A stretch of 64,000 bases of DNA from Marsupella aquatica (taxonomy: Eukaryota; Plantae; Marchantiophyta): the NCBI GenBank assembly GCA_973895155.1, contig OZ316891.1:28339145-28403144 (forward strand), given 5' to 3'. The stretch's first letter is position 1, and each line of letters starts with the position of its first letter. Shown here piece after piece: positions 38,825 to 51,200 of the stretch. The translations under genes and the position numbers were made by a program. Under the pieces are notes generated by a model. That model did no database searches, was not told the origin of the DNA, and saw nothing but the letters and a program-made list of their open reading frames with translations.

Positions 38825-41797
38825 GGTGCCTCCTCCTGCTGTGAATCCTGTGTTCAATTGAATCCACCGCTCTGCTTCGAGTCGAAAGGTTTCCGAGCTC
38901 CAAATCTCACCCCAGCAGCTACAAGAAACCGCCGACGAAGTGCACGCGAGTAAATCTGTTCGAGAATACAATATGTTGTGTGAAAAATCTGACCAATTTT
39001 GTCCTTTTTGTCAAAAAAAATAGAACATGACTTATGACCCAAACTTGCACACCTGACCCATATGCAAGAAGAAAGTTCACAACTTAGAACCCCCAAAGCA
39101 TACAGGCAAAAAAGATCTTGCCACATCCCCTCTATACCAAAAAAATTTGCACTTGAGCAACTTGCAAAATATTCTAATCTTGGGAATTGGAGGGAAGAAA
39201 CAACCCAAGAACTATAAATGCTTTTGCATGTGAAGACAAAAGTGGTGAAAAAACACTAGGCAACATATGGTATTAAGTGTCTAATATGTTGCTGTGTGCT
39301 TTTTTGGCACTCTCGTATATGATAATACACACAATAAAATGGAATAAAACCCGCACATGAGAAAAGACCAATGAAAACCATGCAAATGCACTATCGTACA
39401 TGATAGTCCACACACAAATTTAAAAAACTCACACATGAGAAAACTGAAAAAAGAACACATGAGAAATGACAAATGAAAACCATACAAATGGACAGGACAG
39501 TGTAAATTAGTTCCAGGACCCCTTGTATATGTCAGCTTGTTTTATTGAGCTATTTGGAGCCATGAAGAGTTGCACATTGGAATAGATAGATGAGAGGACA
39601 AAGATTAAATGGAAGATTCTAAATGAAGCAAATTTTAAAGGTAGTTATTTTGTGGCACTCATGAACTGGTCTTGTTGCAAGCCAAGTGACCATAAATTTG
39701 GGTGTAGGGGAGGTACATTTAGTATGGCACTGCCCCCCTCCCCACTCCAATTTCATGATATGCTCAATTCTCTTTGCAGTAAGTGGAAAGCTATGGCAAG
39801 ACATCCCCATTGGATAGCAATGAGAAGCAACATATGGACCTACTCTCTTAAGTTCAAGCTGGACGTGATATGGGAATATGACTCACATATCAAAGGGCAA
39901 GGCTTTGTGGCAATTGGCACAAAATTTGGAGTGCCCTGGTCTTCTTGGAGACGGTGGTAAGAGAAGAGGGCAAACGAATTCAAGAGGAGGGCAACGCTGG
40001 CTGGAGGACTGCTGCGGTATGGTTGTTTAGATGCGGGATTGAGCTGCGTAACATTGTCTGCAGAAAGATGAGGACCCAGAAGGGAGGCTCGGCGAGGGTG
40101 GAAGAGTGAACGAAGAGTCTTTGATCTGCCAGACTTGAATCTGCTGCTCCTTGTGAAGTTTGCAATTGTGAGTTTTCTGTACAAAAAGAGTCTATGTTGT
40201 CACAAAACTGTCACAAGCCTCTGTGCTTGCATTGCCTTGAAAGAGCTGCGTAAAATTTTCCTTGTAGGTGTTCTTGTTCCTACTCTCTAGAGTAACTTGT
40301 GGTCATGGCATGTCATGGCATATGATCATTTTTATGGCAAAACGTTGTGGATGATCATGAAACTGACAGTCCTTAGCTTTTTCTGCCCGATAGCTTAATC
40401 TAGTAGTTAACGTACATCACATTTTGAGGTTTGAGACCCCCTAATGTTCCTGTTGACAAAGTATTTGGAGCTCATCACCATAAAAACTTATACTACTTCA
40501 TCCTATATTCATAGGAGTGTTACTCCAGTTCACCCAACCCAAGTTGTTCTCTTGATGACCTGCAGTTCCCCTATTGGGTTGACAGGCAGCAGTGTAGTAT
40601 CTGTTGGTTGCCCATTCTGGCCCCTTGGGTTTGTTTTGTATGCTCCATGCTGACTTGTGCACCAGGTACTGTGACTGGGAATATGTTTGGTGCATATCAC
40701 TCTCTCCTTAAAGTGCCACTGTCCATGATAAAACTTGGATCCAAAAGGTTTCACTATTTTTAGTACCTTTTTCCTGAAATTGTGGAGCAAAGTCTCACCC
40801 CAGAGGAGAGGCATGTGCAAAAAAGAGAAGCCTTGGACACTTCTCATTTTATATGCCCGGTGGTGGTTTAAGAAAAAAGTGTTTTTTTCCATGTGAGGGT
40901 GCATCACAACAATGATCCTACCAAGGGGCAGGGTATTTTTAGTGATTAGATGAGCTAGTGTTGAAGGTGTCAATGTGTCACCCTAGTATGTCATATGAGG
41001 ACAATTAGATATTGTGTGGAAAGAACTCAACTGTTCCTTGGAAACAAGATCTCAACTGTTAGATCTTTCAAATCTTTGCCCCTGGATTCTATTATGAAGT
41101 GAATGTTTTACACCCCCTGTTCCAGTAGGAGGTGTCAAAGGTGGCCCTAGCCAACCTCGTGGTCGACCATGTCAGGTTTGACATGGTCATGGCCTCTAAA
41201 TGGCAAGACACTGTCAATGAAGGTTCTGAGAACGTTGTGATGTCATGGCTTTGGCCTCTGACTGTGGCCTCAGTATTCCTCCTTGCCCTACCTGAGTCAG
41301 GGTACTTCAAAAACTGCACCCGCACCCTTCCTCCATGAGCTTCCCCCAAGAGGTCAAATACTATATTGCCGCCCGGGAAAAACTGGCGGCCTGGGCCAGC
41401 TTTGTCAGAGCATCCCCACCGGACTCGGTGTCCTGGACACGGTATAAGGGCTTTTTGGCGACTTTTGTGGCGTGCGGGGCCCAATTGGTGTGTACCCGCC
41501 AGTAAGGTACCCCACCGGTCCCGTTATTCTACCGTGGCAAACGGAGCGACTATGGTCCGGTCCAGACAACTACAGTCCAGACAACTACAGTCCCACCATC
41601 TGCTGGCTAGAATTGTGTCGGGCGCGCGAAGGTGTCTAGGAGCATTTGAAGCTCTGCAATTCAAATCGAACACCATGGATTGTCAAGTGAATGGGCGCTA
41701 CATTTGCAAGGCGCAATGAAAGAATTGAGGTGAGCGTCAATGCATTGCAAAATATTGTTTTGAGTGATTCAAAAGCGAATTGAACAGACTTGGAAGC

Positions 41798-43153
41798 ATG
41801 GCATCTGAGCGACTCATCAAATGGAGAGCAAAATTGAAGAGGCAGATCGAGCAAGCTTATCAAGAATGGGATGATGAGGAGCAAACATGGTGGGAGACTG
41901 TTGTGGTGGCAAGGTCCATCGTTAACAACTACGAACAGGGCCCCAGGATGCAAGGTGGATCAAGGCCAGGAAAGGGAAGGAACATTGATCGAGACAGAGC
42001 ACAAGGCCATGAGCAAATTTGGAAGGATTATTTCGCTGACTCTCCAGTCTACACTGACAGACATTTCAGAAGAAGGTATAGAATGAGAAGACCTCTCTTT
42101 TGGAGAATTCATGATGCTGTGTGCAAGTTCGATCCCTATTTCATCCAAAAACGAGATGCTGCGGGAATTCTTGGATTATCTTCAATCCAAAAATTGACTG
42201 TTGCCTTAAGGATGCTTTCATTAGGTGTCTCTGCTGATGCCCTTGATGAATATGTGCGGAATGGAGAGAGCACTGCCATGAAATGCTTGAAGCGATTTTG
42301 TTCTGCTGTTAGAGAGCACTATGAGGAGGAGTACCTCAGACAGCCCACCAAGGAGGACATCATCAATCAATTACAAATCAATGAACAACGTGGTTTCCCT
42401 GGCATGTTTGCATCTCTGGATTGTATGCACTACGAGTGGAAGAATTGTCCCGTGGCTTGGCAAGGGCTCTTCACCAACAAGGACGGAGAGAAATCCATTG
42501 TTCTAGAGGCCATAGCAGATCAATCCCTCTGGATTTGGCATGCCTACTTTGGCTTGCCTGGTGGAAATAACGACTTGAATGTGCTGGATCGTTCCCCTCT
42601 GGTCAACAATTTCTTGAGAAGTGAAGCTGATGAGGTTGGTTTTACTGTGAATGATCGCCACTATGGTCGGTATTATTTGCTCTGTGATGGCATTTATCCA
42701 GACTGGTCCATCTTCATTAAAACTATTCAATTGCCACAAGGAAATGCCAGAAAGTGGTTTGCTAAGTGCCAAGAGGGGGCCCGGAAGGATGTCGAGAGGG
42801 CTTTTGGTGTTTTGCATCAACGATTTGCAATTGTGAAGAACCCAGTTCGAATGCACTATCAACATGAAATCAAGGACATCCTTCTGGCTTGTGTCATTTT
42901 ACATAACATGATTGTGGAGGATGAGAGAGGTGATAGATTGCCTGCCGATTGGGACTTCTCAGACAGAGCTAGAGCTCAAGCTGGAAAAGACCTTGGTAGG
43001 CAGGATTGGGCAGAGTACTTAGCTGCTACACGAGCCATTGAAGATTCTGAAACTCATTTTTCATTGAGAAATGACCTGGTAGCACACCTTTGGTCCCTAA
43101 AAGGACAGGGCACCGTTTTGACTATGTGGGAAATCAAGACTTGTGATACCTAG
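41798..43153 (+). CDS. PIF/Harbinger DDE transposase (intact ORF)
   Basis: FRRRYRMRRPLF, GFPGMFASLDCMH (D), YLLCDGIYP (D), RKDVERAFGVL (E) and ACVILHNMIVEDE. Confidence 0.95.
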   Translation: MASERLIKWRAKLKRQIEQAYQEWDDEEQTWWETVVVARSIVNNYEQGPRMQGGSRPGKGRNIDRDRAQGHEQIWKDYFADSPVYTDRHFRRRYRMRRPLFWRIHDAVCKFDPYFIQKRDAAGILGLSSIQKLTVALRMLSLGVSADALDEYVRNGESTAMKCLKRFCSAVREHYEEEYLRQPTKEDIINQLQINEQRGFPGMFASLDCMHYEWKNCPVAWQGLFTNKDGEKSIVLEAIADQSLWIWHAYFGLPGGNNDLNVLDRSPLVNNFLRSEADEVGFTVNDRHYGRYYLLCDGIYPDWSIFIKTIQLPQGNARKWFAKCQEGARKDVERAFGVLHQRFAIVKNPVRMHYQHEIKDILLACVILHNMIVEDERGDRLPADWDFSDRARAQAGKDLGRQDWAEYLAATRAIEDSETHFSLRNDLVAHLWSLKGQGTVLTMWEIKTCDT

Positions 43154-43687
43154 TTTTTTCATTTTCATAGTATGCTTTGTCTGTAATAAAATGTGATTTG
43201 ATGGCATCAAATCTGTTTTGCAAATGCAATCGGAAAATCCATTCGCATCCAATCTCGAGAGGGGCACTCTGGCCAAAACGTGAAGACGAAAGCTACTCAT
43301 CACATACAAAAATTAAAGTGTGTGTTGTCATTTATCTGTCTTGGTAGGCAGGATTGGGCAGAGTACTTAGCTGCTACACGAGCCATTGAAGATTCTGAAA
43401 CTCATTTTTCATTGAGAAATGACCTGGTAGCACACCTTTGGTCCCTAAAAGGACAGGGCACCGTTTTGACTATGTGGGAAATCAAGACTTGTGATACCTA
43501 GTTTTTTCATTTTCACAGGATGCTTTGTCTGTAATAAAATGTGATTTGATGGCATCAAATCTGTTTTGCAAATGCAATCGGAAAATCCATTCGCATCCAA
43601 TCTCGAGAGGGGCACTCTGGCCAAAACGTGAAGACGAAAGCTACTCATCACATACAAAAATTAAAGTGTGTGTTGTCATTTATCTGT
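42992..43687 (+). repeat. 348-bp near-identical tandem duplication of the transposase 3' end and 3' UTR
   Basis: 42992-43339 is repeated at 43340-43687; the overlapping ORFs are offset by exactly 348 nt. Confidence 0.95.
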
Positions 43688-43962
43688 CTCAAAATGTACA
43701 AAAGTGGAGCAGAGTCTGTGAAAATGCTCTCGCAAATGCAGAATTCATCACGTAGGTAGAAAACCCCATCGCTAAAGTGCAAAATGTTTAAGTCACCTAT
43801 TGTGACTGCCTATGTCTATACCATGGCACTATCTAAACCTAAACTGGAGCCTCAATGGCGAAGTTGATGTGCAACTACAACTTTCTCTTGCCCTTCGAAG
43901 CTGCATTGCTAATTGAAAGCCTAAATAAGAATCGCTGCAGTGGAGATTGCCCTTTGAAGCTC

Positions 43963-44367
43963 TTAAGGTGAGGGATACTGCCAGCGAACTCCATCAATTA
44001 GACAACCATCCCCATCACTGCCCTCGGAGTCATGCTCAATCTCCTTTTTCCTGGCCTTTTCTGCTCGCCTCTCCTGGCGCTTCTCAAGTTTCTTCAGTCG
44101 ACCTTCCCTCTTCTTCTTCCGTGCTGCTGTAGCCTCTTCCTCTTTCGGGTGGTGGATCATTCGCATGATCCTATCCACTCTCCTCCGCTCATTATCAATT
44201 ACAACCGGGTCCTCATCATGAAAAGGCTCCTCTGGAGCATCAGCCAGAACCGGCATGATGTTCGCATCGGCTGAGGAGGGGTCCTCTTGCTGCTGCTCAT
44301 GGGTTGCCTGCCCAGTTGGAGCCATGGTGAGGACCTTTTCGGCCATTGTCACTTGCTTCGGAGGCAT
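43963..44367 (-). CDS. Uncharacterised 134-aa ORF inside the Harbinger element
   Basis: ATG-initiated MPPKQ...; acidic stretch, then a basic coiled-coil/NLS-like RKKKREGRLKKLEKRQERRAEKARKK; no recognised domain. Confidence 0.45.
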   Translation of the reverse strand: MPPKQVTMAEKVLTMAPTGQATHEQQQEDPSSADANIMPVLADAPEEPFHDEDPVVIDNERRRVDRIMRMIHHPKEEEATAARKKKREGRLKKLEKRQERRAEKARKKEIEHDSEGSDGDGCLIDGVRWQYPSP

Positions 44368-45147
44368 TGCGCAGATTGAAAAGCTGCTTCTGATTGCCCA
44401 GCCTCGCAAATGCAAAATTGTGCACAACAAAGCTCGATGGAAAAGATAGCCTGATGACTGCGCAACAAAGAAAGACGTGTTGGAAGAATGAGAGAGAGGA
44501 CTCAGCTCCCGAAGCATTTCTAGGGCCAATCTGCCACGGCCCATAAACGATGAACTTCATGGTAGGCAGGTTGAAAGTTGTGCCGGTGAATGCACAAAAA
44601 GGACCGAGACAATTCCAATGCCAGGCTCATGCCTTCTGAAGGTGCTCTGAATGTACTCACGCGAACTTGTCTCCGCTGATGTGACTTGCCTGGACTCATT
44701 AAATGCCCTCGGAAACATAGTTACACAGTACTGGGGGTATTACCAAAGCGACTTGTCAATACTAGCGCGGGTGATACAATGGTGCATCTTTCCCTTGCCA
44801 TTGCTCGTGATCACATTCATGACTGAGTCAAAAAAGATACAATTACAATGATGTACAAACTCAAATTAGACAATTGCAATTGGATAGTAAAATTCATATG
44901 GACATCAAAGTCTAATAATTGAGTACGCAAATAAAATGTGAACTCATTCTCCATTGCACATCCTCAATCTCAAGAGGCAATTACATATTGTGCTGTAGGT
45001 TCAGCCAAAGGGACTACGGATTTTGTGCTAGGTCACGGTCAATTTCTGCAAGCATAGATCTAAATCCATAGGAAGCCTGTGGATTTGCTGATGGGGTATC
45101 AGGTACATATGGTGTGGCACCCTGGAATGAATTCCAGTTACTGAAAT

Positions 45148-46215
45148 TCAAGGCGGATTGCCATAGCTAGGCAAATTCTCTGTAGGTATCCTCATGGGAA
45201 TGTTGTGCCCTTGTACATTTTCAGGAGCACTATCCTGAGGGGCATTATCTACACCAACATCACCTGGGGGGGAATGAGGTGCTGCAACTGGAGTTGGTAT
45301 AGGGGTTCGGGTTGCAGCTCGCCTAGAAGCTGCCTCAAGAGCTCGAGCTGCAGCTCGCTCTTCTTCCTTCTCCTCCCTTTGCAGCTTCAACATTGCAATT
45401 CTCATTTCCTTCTGTCTACTCTTGATGAAGTACTCCCGACAGTCCTCATCAATGTCACAAAGCCTAAGTGTGAATAAATTCTGCCTGTCTTGCGATTCTG
45501 CAAGCTTCAATCGCCTAGCACTGATTTCTGCCATATCTCTTTGTGCATAGGTTGCCATTCGTGAGCTGCATTCATCAACTTTCTGCTTCTTTGCAATCTT
45601 ATTTCCTAGTGGCCTCAACTCACCAAAATGGGTACTCTCTTGACCAAGCTCTCCAGTGCTCTGTCTTTGGCCTTGCTCATTCTCAACCTGCTCTCCACCA
45701 CACTCAGCATCTGGAGACTCATTCTCTTTGTCATCAGGGAAGCCCTTTCCCTTTCCCTTTTGCTTCCTCGCCTTCTTTTGTGCAGCTTTTTGCTTCATGT
45801 CATCCTTAGTCATTGCAAATCTAGGACAGTCTTTCAACAAATACCACTGGTCAAGGTAGCTAAAATCCTTTGCCTTCGGATGCTTTGTCACATACAACTC
45901 CTTTGCCCTGGCCACAGTATCTTCCTCGTTCTCACCGGAATGACGAGCATCAACTACAGATGCATACGACCCTGAAAACTTGGCAACGTCGTGTTTCAAG
46001 TCGCTCCACTTGCTCTCCAAAGATCGACAGTTCCTCTCCTGTGTGTCCTTTGATCGATTGTCGTTGTAGTGGATTGTTGTTCGATCCCAAAACGCTCCAT
46101 TCTTTTGCCCAGATCCGATGATTGGGTCTTGCGAGACATGCATCCACGAACAAACCAATTGCTTCAACTCTGCAGATGAGAAATTGCTGCCTCTTGCTTT
46201 GGTCGCGTCTGCCAT
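45148..46215 (-). CDS. Harbinger Myb/SANT-like DNA-binding protein (NAM-associated type)
   Basis: RGSNFSSAELKQLVCSWMHVSQDPIIGSGQK..FWDR..RSLESKWS..FSYLDQWYLLKDCPRF and RPLGNKIAK. Confidence 0.9.
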   Translation of the reverse strand: MADATKARGSNFSSAELKQLVCSWMHVSQDPIIGSGQKNGAFWDRTTIHYNDNRSKDTQERNCRSLESKWSDLKHDVAKFSGSYASVVDARHSGENEEDTVARAKELYVTKHPKAKDFSYLDQWYLLKDCPRFAMTKDDMKQKAAQKKARKQKGKGKGFPDDKENESPDAECGGEQVENEQGQRQSTGELGQESTHFGELRPLGNKIAKKQKVDECSSRMATYAQRDMAEISARRLKLAESQDRQNLFTLRLCDIDEDCREYFIKSRQKEMRIAMLKLQREEKEEERAAARALEAASRRAATRTPIPTPVAAPHSPPGDVGVDNAPQDSAPENVQGHNIPMRIPTENLPSYGNPP

Positions 46216-47019
46216 TGTTGCTGTCTTTGCTTCCACGAGGGGAACGTGCCGCGGGATCGGGATCGTGCAATTTCTGCATAGCACACGTACATGTAGCAAC
46301 ACAGTTGAATAGTGTTTGTCGATAGTCCTCCAGTTCCACCATGAGGATGGTGCCCCCCTAGTGAATGCAAAGCTGTCCATTTCTTCCCAGATCCACAACT
46401 CTCCTCCGTGCGATTCAAATGGAGTGTTTGAGCGGGCAGGGGTAGTGCGCGGCAGAATGCCGCGTGGGAGGTCTATTTTGGCGAGACAGGATGGTGTTTT
46501 TAAAAAAGCCGTGTCCCGGTGGGGATGAAAATACCCCCCCCACAATCTTCCTTGCGGTAAAACCCTCATCGGGCAGGTACTTGCCGCGTCCGGTGGGGAT
46601 GCTCTCACCCCCTACTATTGTACCAAGTTGCTGGGGACACTGCACCACTCCACTGCCCAGTTGAAATTTATGGATGCTGGCGGATGCTGGCGGATGCTGC
46701 ACTAAATGCCTAGCTGGAGACAATATAGGATTGAGTGTTAAAGGTGTTCAAAACACCGCGACCTTTTTTCAGTAGGTAGCTTGAACTACACCTTAGTAAC
46801 AATTTTCACCTAAAACTGAATTCATTTGGTCATCCAATAAAATATTGAGGTGTATGGAAAATTAATAGGCTCTAGCTTTTGTGGCACCCCGAGTCAAGTA
46901 GTGGTGCCCCTGTGTAGCAAAGTTGGATGACCAACTATAGAAAGGGCCTGGTCAAGTCCTGGATCTATCTTTGCCGTCCATCAAGTCCACAAGATGATAG
47001 AGGGGCCTGGCAAGTCCTT

Positions 47020-47740
47020 TCCTGCTCATTCCACGGGCACCCACCTGTGGCAAACATAATAGTACCCCATATCCTTATGCAATTCCCCGTCCGGCAAGCT
47101 AGATCACCTATTCCCTATGAACCCGACAGCAAGCTTGTCACCACATATTTGTCTACAATTTCCCCAACCTTTGGGCAACCGAAAGGAAAAAACACACTCA
47201 GCCCCGTTATCCTTTTGAAATTTGCCGTGCAGGACGATACACCCGTTCCTCTGCGGTTTGGGCAACCAAAAAATGTTCTTTGCCACGTATATTTCTACCC
47301 GTTCCCCAGGCACCCCACCTTCGGGCAAGCCACAAAAAAAAAAAGAATTTTCAGCATGCACAATCATGCCCTGTATCCTTTCGTAATTTGCCGTGCACTC
47401 CAGACAGACCCATTCCCTGTGCTTCGGGCAGCACAAGCTTCATCGCCACGTATTTGTCTGCTCCTGCCACGGGCACCTACCGCCGCGCAAACGAAAAGAA
47501 ACAGTCGACGGCACGACAGATTATCACCCGGTATCCTTTGGCAATTTGCCGTGGAAAACCGCTGGACTCGTCCACTGTAATTCGGGCATCACCAAACGCT
47601 GGTCGCCACGTCTGCTCCTTCTCCGGGCACCCAGCCAGCCCCGCAACGGAAAAGAACAAAGGGACGTCGCGGTGCAGAATCATTCCCGGTATCCCTTCGC
47701 GATTTGTCGTGGGCAGAAGGTCGTCCAGTGTTGAGCTAGT
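47020..47740. repeat. Degenerate short tandem repeats upstream of PEX13
   Basis: Recurring TT(C/T)GGGCA(A/G)C..AAA, ATTTGCCGTG and TATCCTT motifs. Confidence 0.5.
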
Positions 47741-47924
47741 GTAGAGCCTCGAGCGTCGTTTGTCGTTGTTTGAGGAGTAGAGGAGTGGCCAGAAGGAGGC
47801 AGAGGTGAAAGCTGAGGCAGCGTAGGGTAGAAGCGGAGAAGCGGAGGATTAGGCATTTCGTGGAGCTATCATTGTGGTGGCGGATTGGTCTCTTCCGGTC
47901 TCGGAAACGGCAGATGCTGAAGGA

Positions 47925-48172
47925 GTTTGCAGAGATTGGAGAGTTGAGGTGGTTGAGGCCGGAATCCGCTTCTGCGTCGAGGGAGAGGATTCTGACTGTG
48001 AATCCGGGAGCTGTGGAATTCGAGGATCCGTGAGCAGGAGAGCGATTCTAGTTTGCAGAGATTGGAGGTGGTTGGGTCCGGAATTCGCTTCTGCGTCGAG
48101 TGAGAGGATTCTGGCTGTGAATCCGGGAGCTGTGGAATTCGAGGATCCGTGAGCAGGAGGAGAGCGATTCTA
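47925..48172 (+). repeat. ~125-bp tandem duplication in the probable PEX13 5' UTR
   Basis: GTTTGCAGAGATTGGAG...GAATCCGGGAGCTGTGGAATTCGAGGATCCGTGAGCAGGAG present twice. Confidence 0.9.
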
Positions 48173-48241
48173 GTTGCTGGAAAGGTTTAGGTCATGATGG
48201 TGGCCGGTCGATGACAGAGCGATCTCTGTCCGGAATTGGGA

Positions 48242-51200
48242 ATGGCTGCTCCACCAGGTGAGAGAATTTCGAGGGCTGCGGGGGATTTAGGTGTTTGTCG
48301 GTGGCGTGAATCCCTTTCGAGTGTTGCTTGCTTGGATTGCGACTTGAATTTGGTATGATGATGGTCTTTCTGGGGATTGCTAGATATCTCGAGGTCGGCG
48401 AGGGGCGGGTCTTGGATTTGTTGCCGTCTATCCCGACGTCTTGTCTGTAGAAGCTCACTGAGATTCGTCTCCTTCCCACAAAGCAATCAAGTTAGCTGCA
48501 CGTTGCTTTTCAGACGCGTTGTTCTGTGAGCAATTCTGGTGTCAGTCACACGATAGTGTATCTCGGTCGATGAGTCGGTTGCTATTTGAAACAGAAGTTT
48601 GCATCACCCAAGATCTGCTATCAAGCGATCAGAATGAATCTCTTCTCTGGCCATAAATTGGGTGGAAAGTCGCCACTGTAGTGGTTGCGGTGAGCTTTCT
48701 GGGGATGACTTGACTTCAGGATTTTTCTGTAGTAAAATGACACTCGGGAATTGAGAACTGAAGGCCATAGGTTTTTCCGGTTGAACGGTTGGGGATTTGC
48801 CAAACACTTCGCAATTATAACACGCTCCTTTCTTTTCCTGCTTTGTCCTTTGGGTCTTTGCTGGAATGGCGAGTTCGAGATAATAAGCAATCTAACACCT
48901 CGCTCAGTACGTCCAACAAGTGCCGGACCCCTTCTTCAGGCGCATGGCCATTACTTATCCCATCTACGCAACCGAATGCCATTTGATCTCGGTGAAGCTG
49001 ACCTTTTGCAATGTCAGCATACGCTGATTTTTGATCTCGCGAATAGTTATGTCTCCAGCCAACAATTGTTCCTAATTTCCGTATGTCCTTTTGTCGTATG
49101 ATCTGGAGATACCTCAGTACTGACAATCGCTGTCCAGGGAGACTCTGGAAACCTACTTTAAGATGCCTACGTTGTTTCAATAATTTGTTAACCTTAAACA
49201 GTGAACTATGCTTTGGAGAGGAGACTTTCCTGACGGTGCAAGCGTTTGGAATCTATGGCTCACAAAGCTCCTATTCTGCACCCGCGTCGAAAGGGCTTCA
49301 CCTCGAGGCTGATGATGCTTCCTATCTGACGCTCGTGGGTAGCTATGGAAGTAGGTTAGATTACTGTCATCGGGACTACAGCAGTGTATTTTTGAGCGTC
49401 TTTTATTGTAATATCACAAGCTAATCAGTCGAAATCCACCGAATGCATGCGTGAATCATCCTAAATGGCTGAGCTTCGGTCGTCACCCACTGAGAAGGCT
49501 CCCTATAGTTGTCCTTCGTTTTATATGTGACTTTAAGCCACTGTAGTGGTTCTTGTGGCCAATAGGCTTTCGATGAGGAACTCAGATTTGGGGTAACCTA
49601 TGAGAGGCTTTGCTATTGAGTTGTAATTATATATTAAGTATGAATGGATTCATCTGACTGATCGGTGAAGGTTCTGTCGCTAAGACATCTGACCATTTTG
49701 TGTGTGATTTGCTTAATCATTGCAGGCCGTTCTGCTCCACCACCTAAACCTTGGGAGCGAGCTGGCACAAGCGATGGCCCTTCACCATTTGCTCCATCAT
49801 CTAATGCCAACAGCACAGCAGCCGTGGTAGCAGCTTCTGGGGCTACCTCCGGTACTACCTCCATCGACCAGAAGGACGAAAATGGAAGAAATGTTACAAT
49901 TACAGATGGGGTTGCAAACGGTAGACCAATGCCTCCTCGGCCTTGGGAGCAAAACCGCACTGGTGAGTATTTAATAGAAACAGAGCTATGTTCGTGATTT
50001 TGCCACTTTGGGGGCATCTGCTGTTGGCACATTTCACTAGCTGTCTCTCATTTGAGGAGCAGCATGTCTTTTTTGGTTTTCTGATTTGTGGTCGGTGTCG
50101 TAAAAATGGTTCTGGCTTTATTGGTTGTTTTCTGCAGGATATGGTACTGGTGGACTGTCTAGTTATGGCGGAGGCGGATACGGAGGTGGAATGTATGGCG
50201 GGGGATTAGGATCTTCTAGCTACGGAGGCGGTTTGTATGGTGGTGGCTTAGGATCTAGTATGTATGGAAGCAGTTATGGTGGCATCGGCGGTGGCATGGG
50301 AGGTGGGATGTATGGCAACAGATACGGTGGCGGCTATGGAGGATACGGGGGCATGTCTGGGGCCGGATATGGGGGTGGGTATGGTGGTATGGGTAGTATG
50401 GGTGGTATGGGAGGTGGATATGGTATGGGACCAGGTGATCCTAATTTTCCTGGAGGGCCTCCACAACCGCCGAATTTTTGGCAATCTCTTCTTAATGGGG
50501 TATGATAGCTCTGCACCTAATTAATCCTAACAAAGAGAGGACAATGTCATACTCCCAGTCTGGTAACCAAAGGAAAACCAGACCCAATCATTCGTCGTTT
50601 TGCCTAAGGGTCAGAGGTCGTTTTCCTCGTATGCACAAGCTGTAACAGTCCTACCCCTTAACCCTGGATCGCATGTAGCCTCTCTGCATGCTCGGAATGC
50701 AGGTAGGGTTCTTAATGATAAAGCTGAAAACGTAGTACAAAACGCAGTCCAGCTCCATAAGCTAAGATGTTTGAAGGTTGTGAGGTTGTCGCCCACCAGG
50801 ACAACGCAACTGGATACTAGACTTTTGGTTACTTTTTTTCATAAAACTGTACTTCAGAACTTGTGTTTTCGATTTTGAGTTAAGTTGCTTCTCAACCTTG
50901 AACTTAGGAGGGTTTCAAGAGTCCGAGCTTTATCCATCAGATTATATGAACATTTTGATTACTTGTAAGCTTAGGGTTGGCTCTTATGACCACCACAATG
51001 TAGGACTTAAGATCTTCTTGTTGAAGGGTTTTAAAGTCTGTCAAATTTCAAAGCAGTATCCAGGACCGGGTCAACTGTGAGGCGTCACACGTACAGTTGG
51101 TTTGCATAAAACTAGATGAGACTATCTTGAGTCTACGGAGTTATTTGGGCAACAGTTGTTGATATTGAATGGCTTTTCCTGTCTGGGGTCACAGCTCTCA

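Larger units (their letters stand above)
41408..46604. mobile_element. Full-length PIF/Harbinger DNA transposon (5197 bp)
   Basis: TIRs GAGCATCCCCACCGGAC (17 bp perfect, 21 bp with one mismatch), 3-bp TSD TCA (41405-41407 / 46605-46607), and convergent transposase and Myb ORFs. Confidence 0.95.

Noticed and set aside
40440-41400. ORF fragments flanking the Harbinger, possibly an older TE host
   Set aside because: No identifiable motif or termini; cannot be supported
46216-46608. N-terminal 131 aa of the 486-aa ORF
   Set aside because: It starts at a non-ATG codon overlapping the TSD and TIR; Myb homology begins at MADATKARG (46215)
46927-47744. ORFs of 217, 154 and 113 aa
   Set aside because: They overlap degenerate repeats upstream of PEX13 and show no recognisable domain
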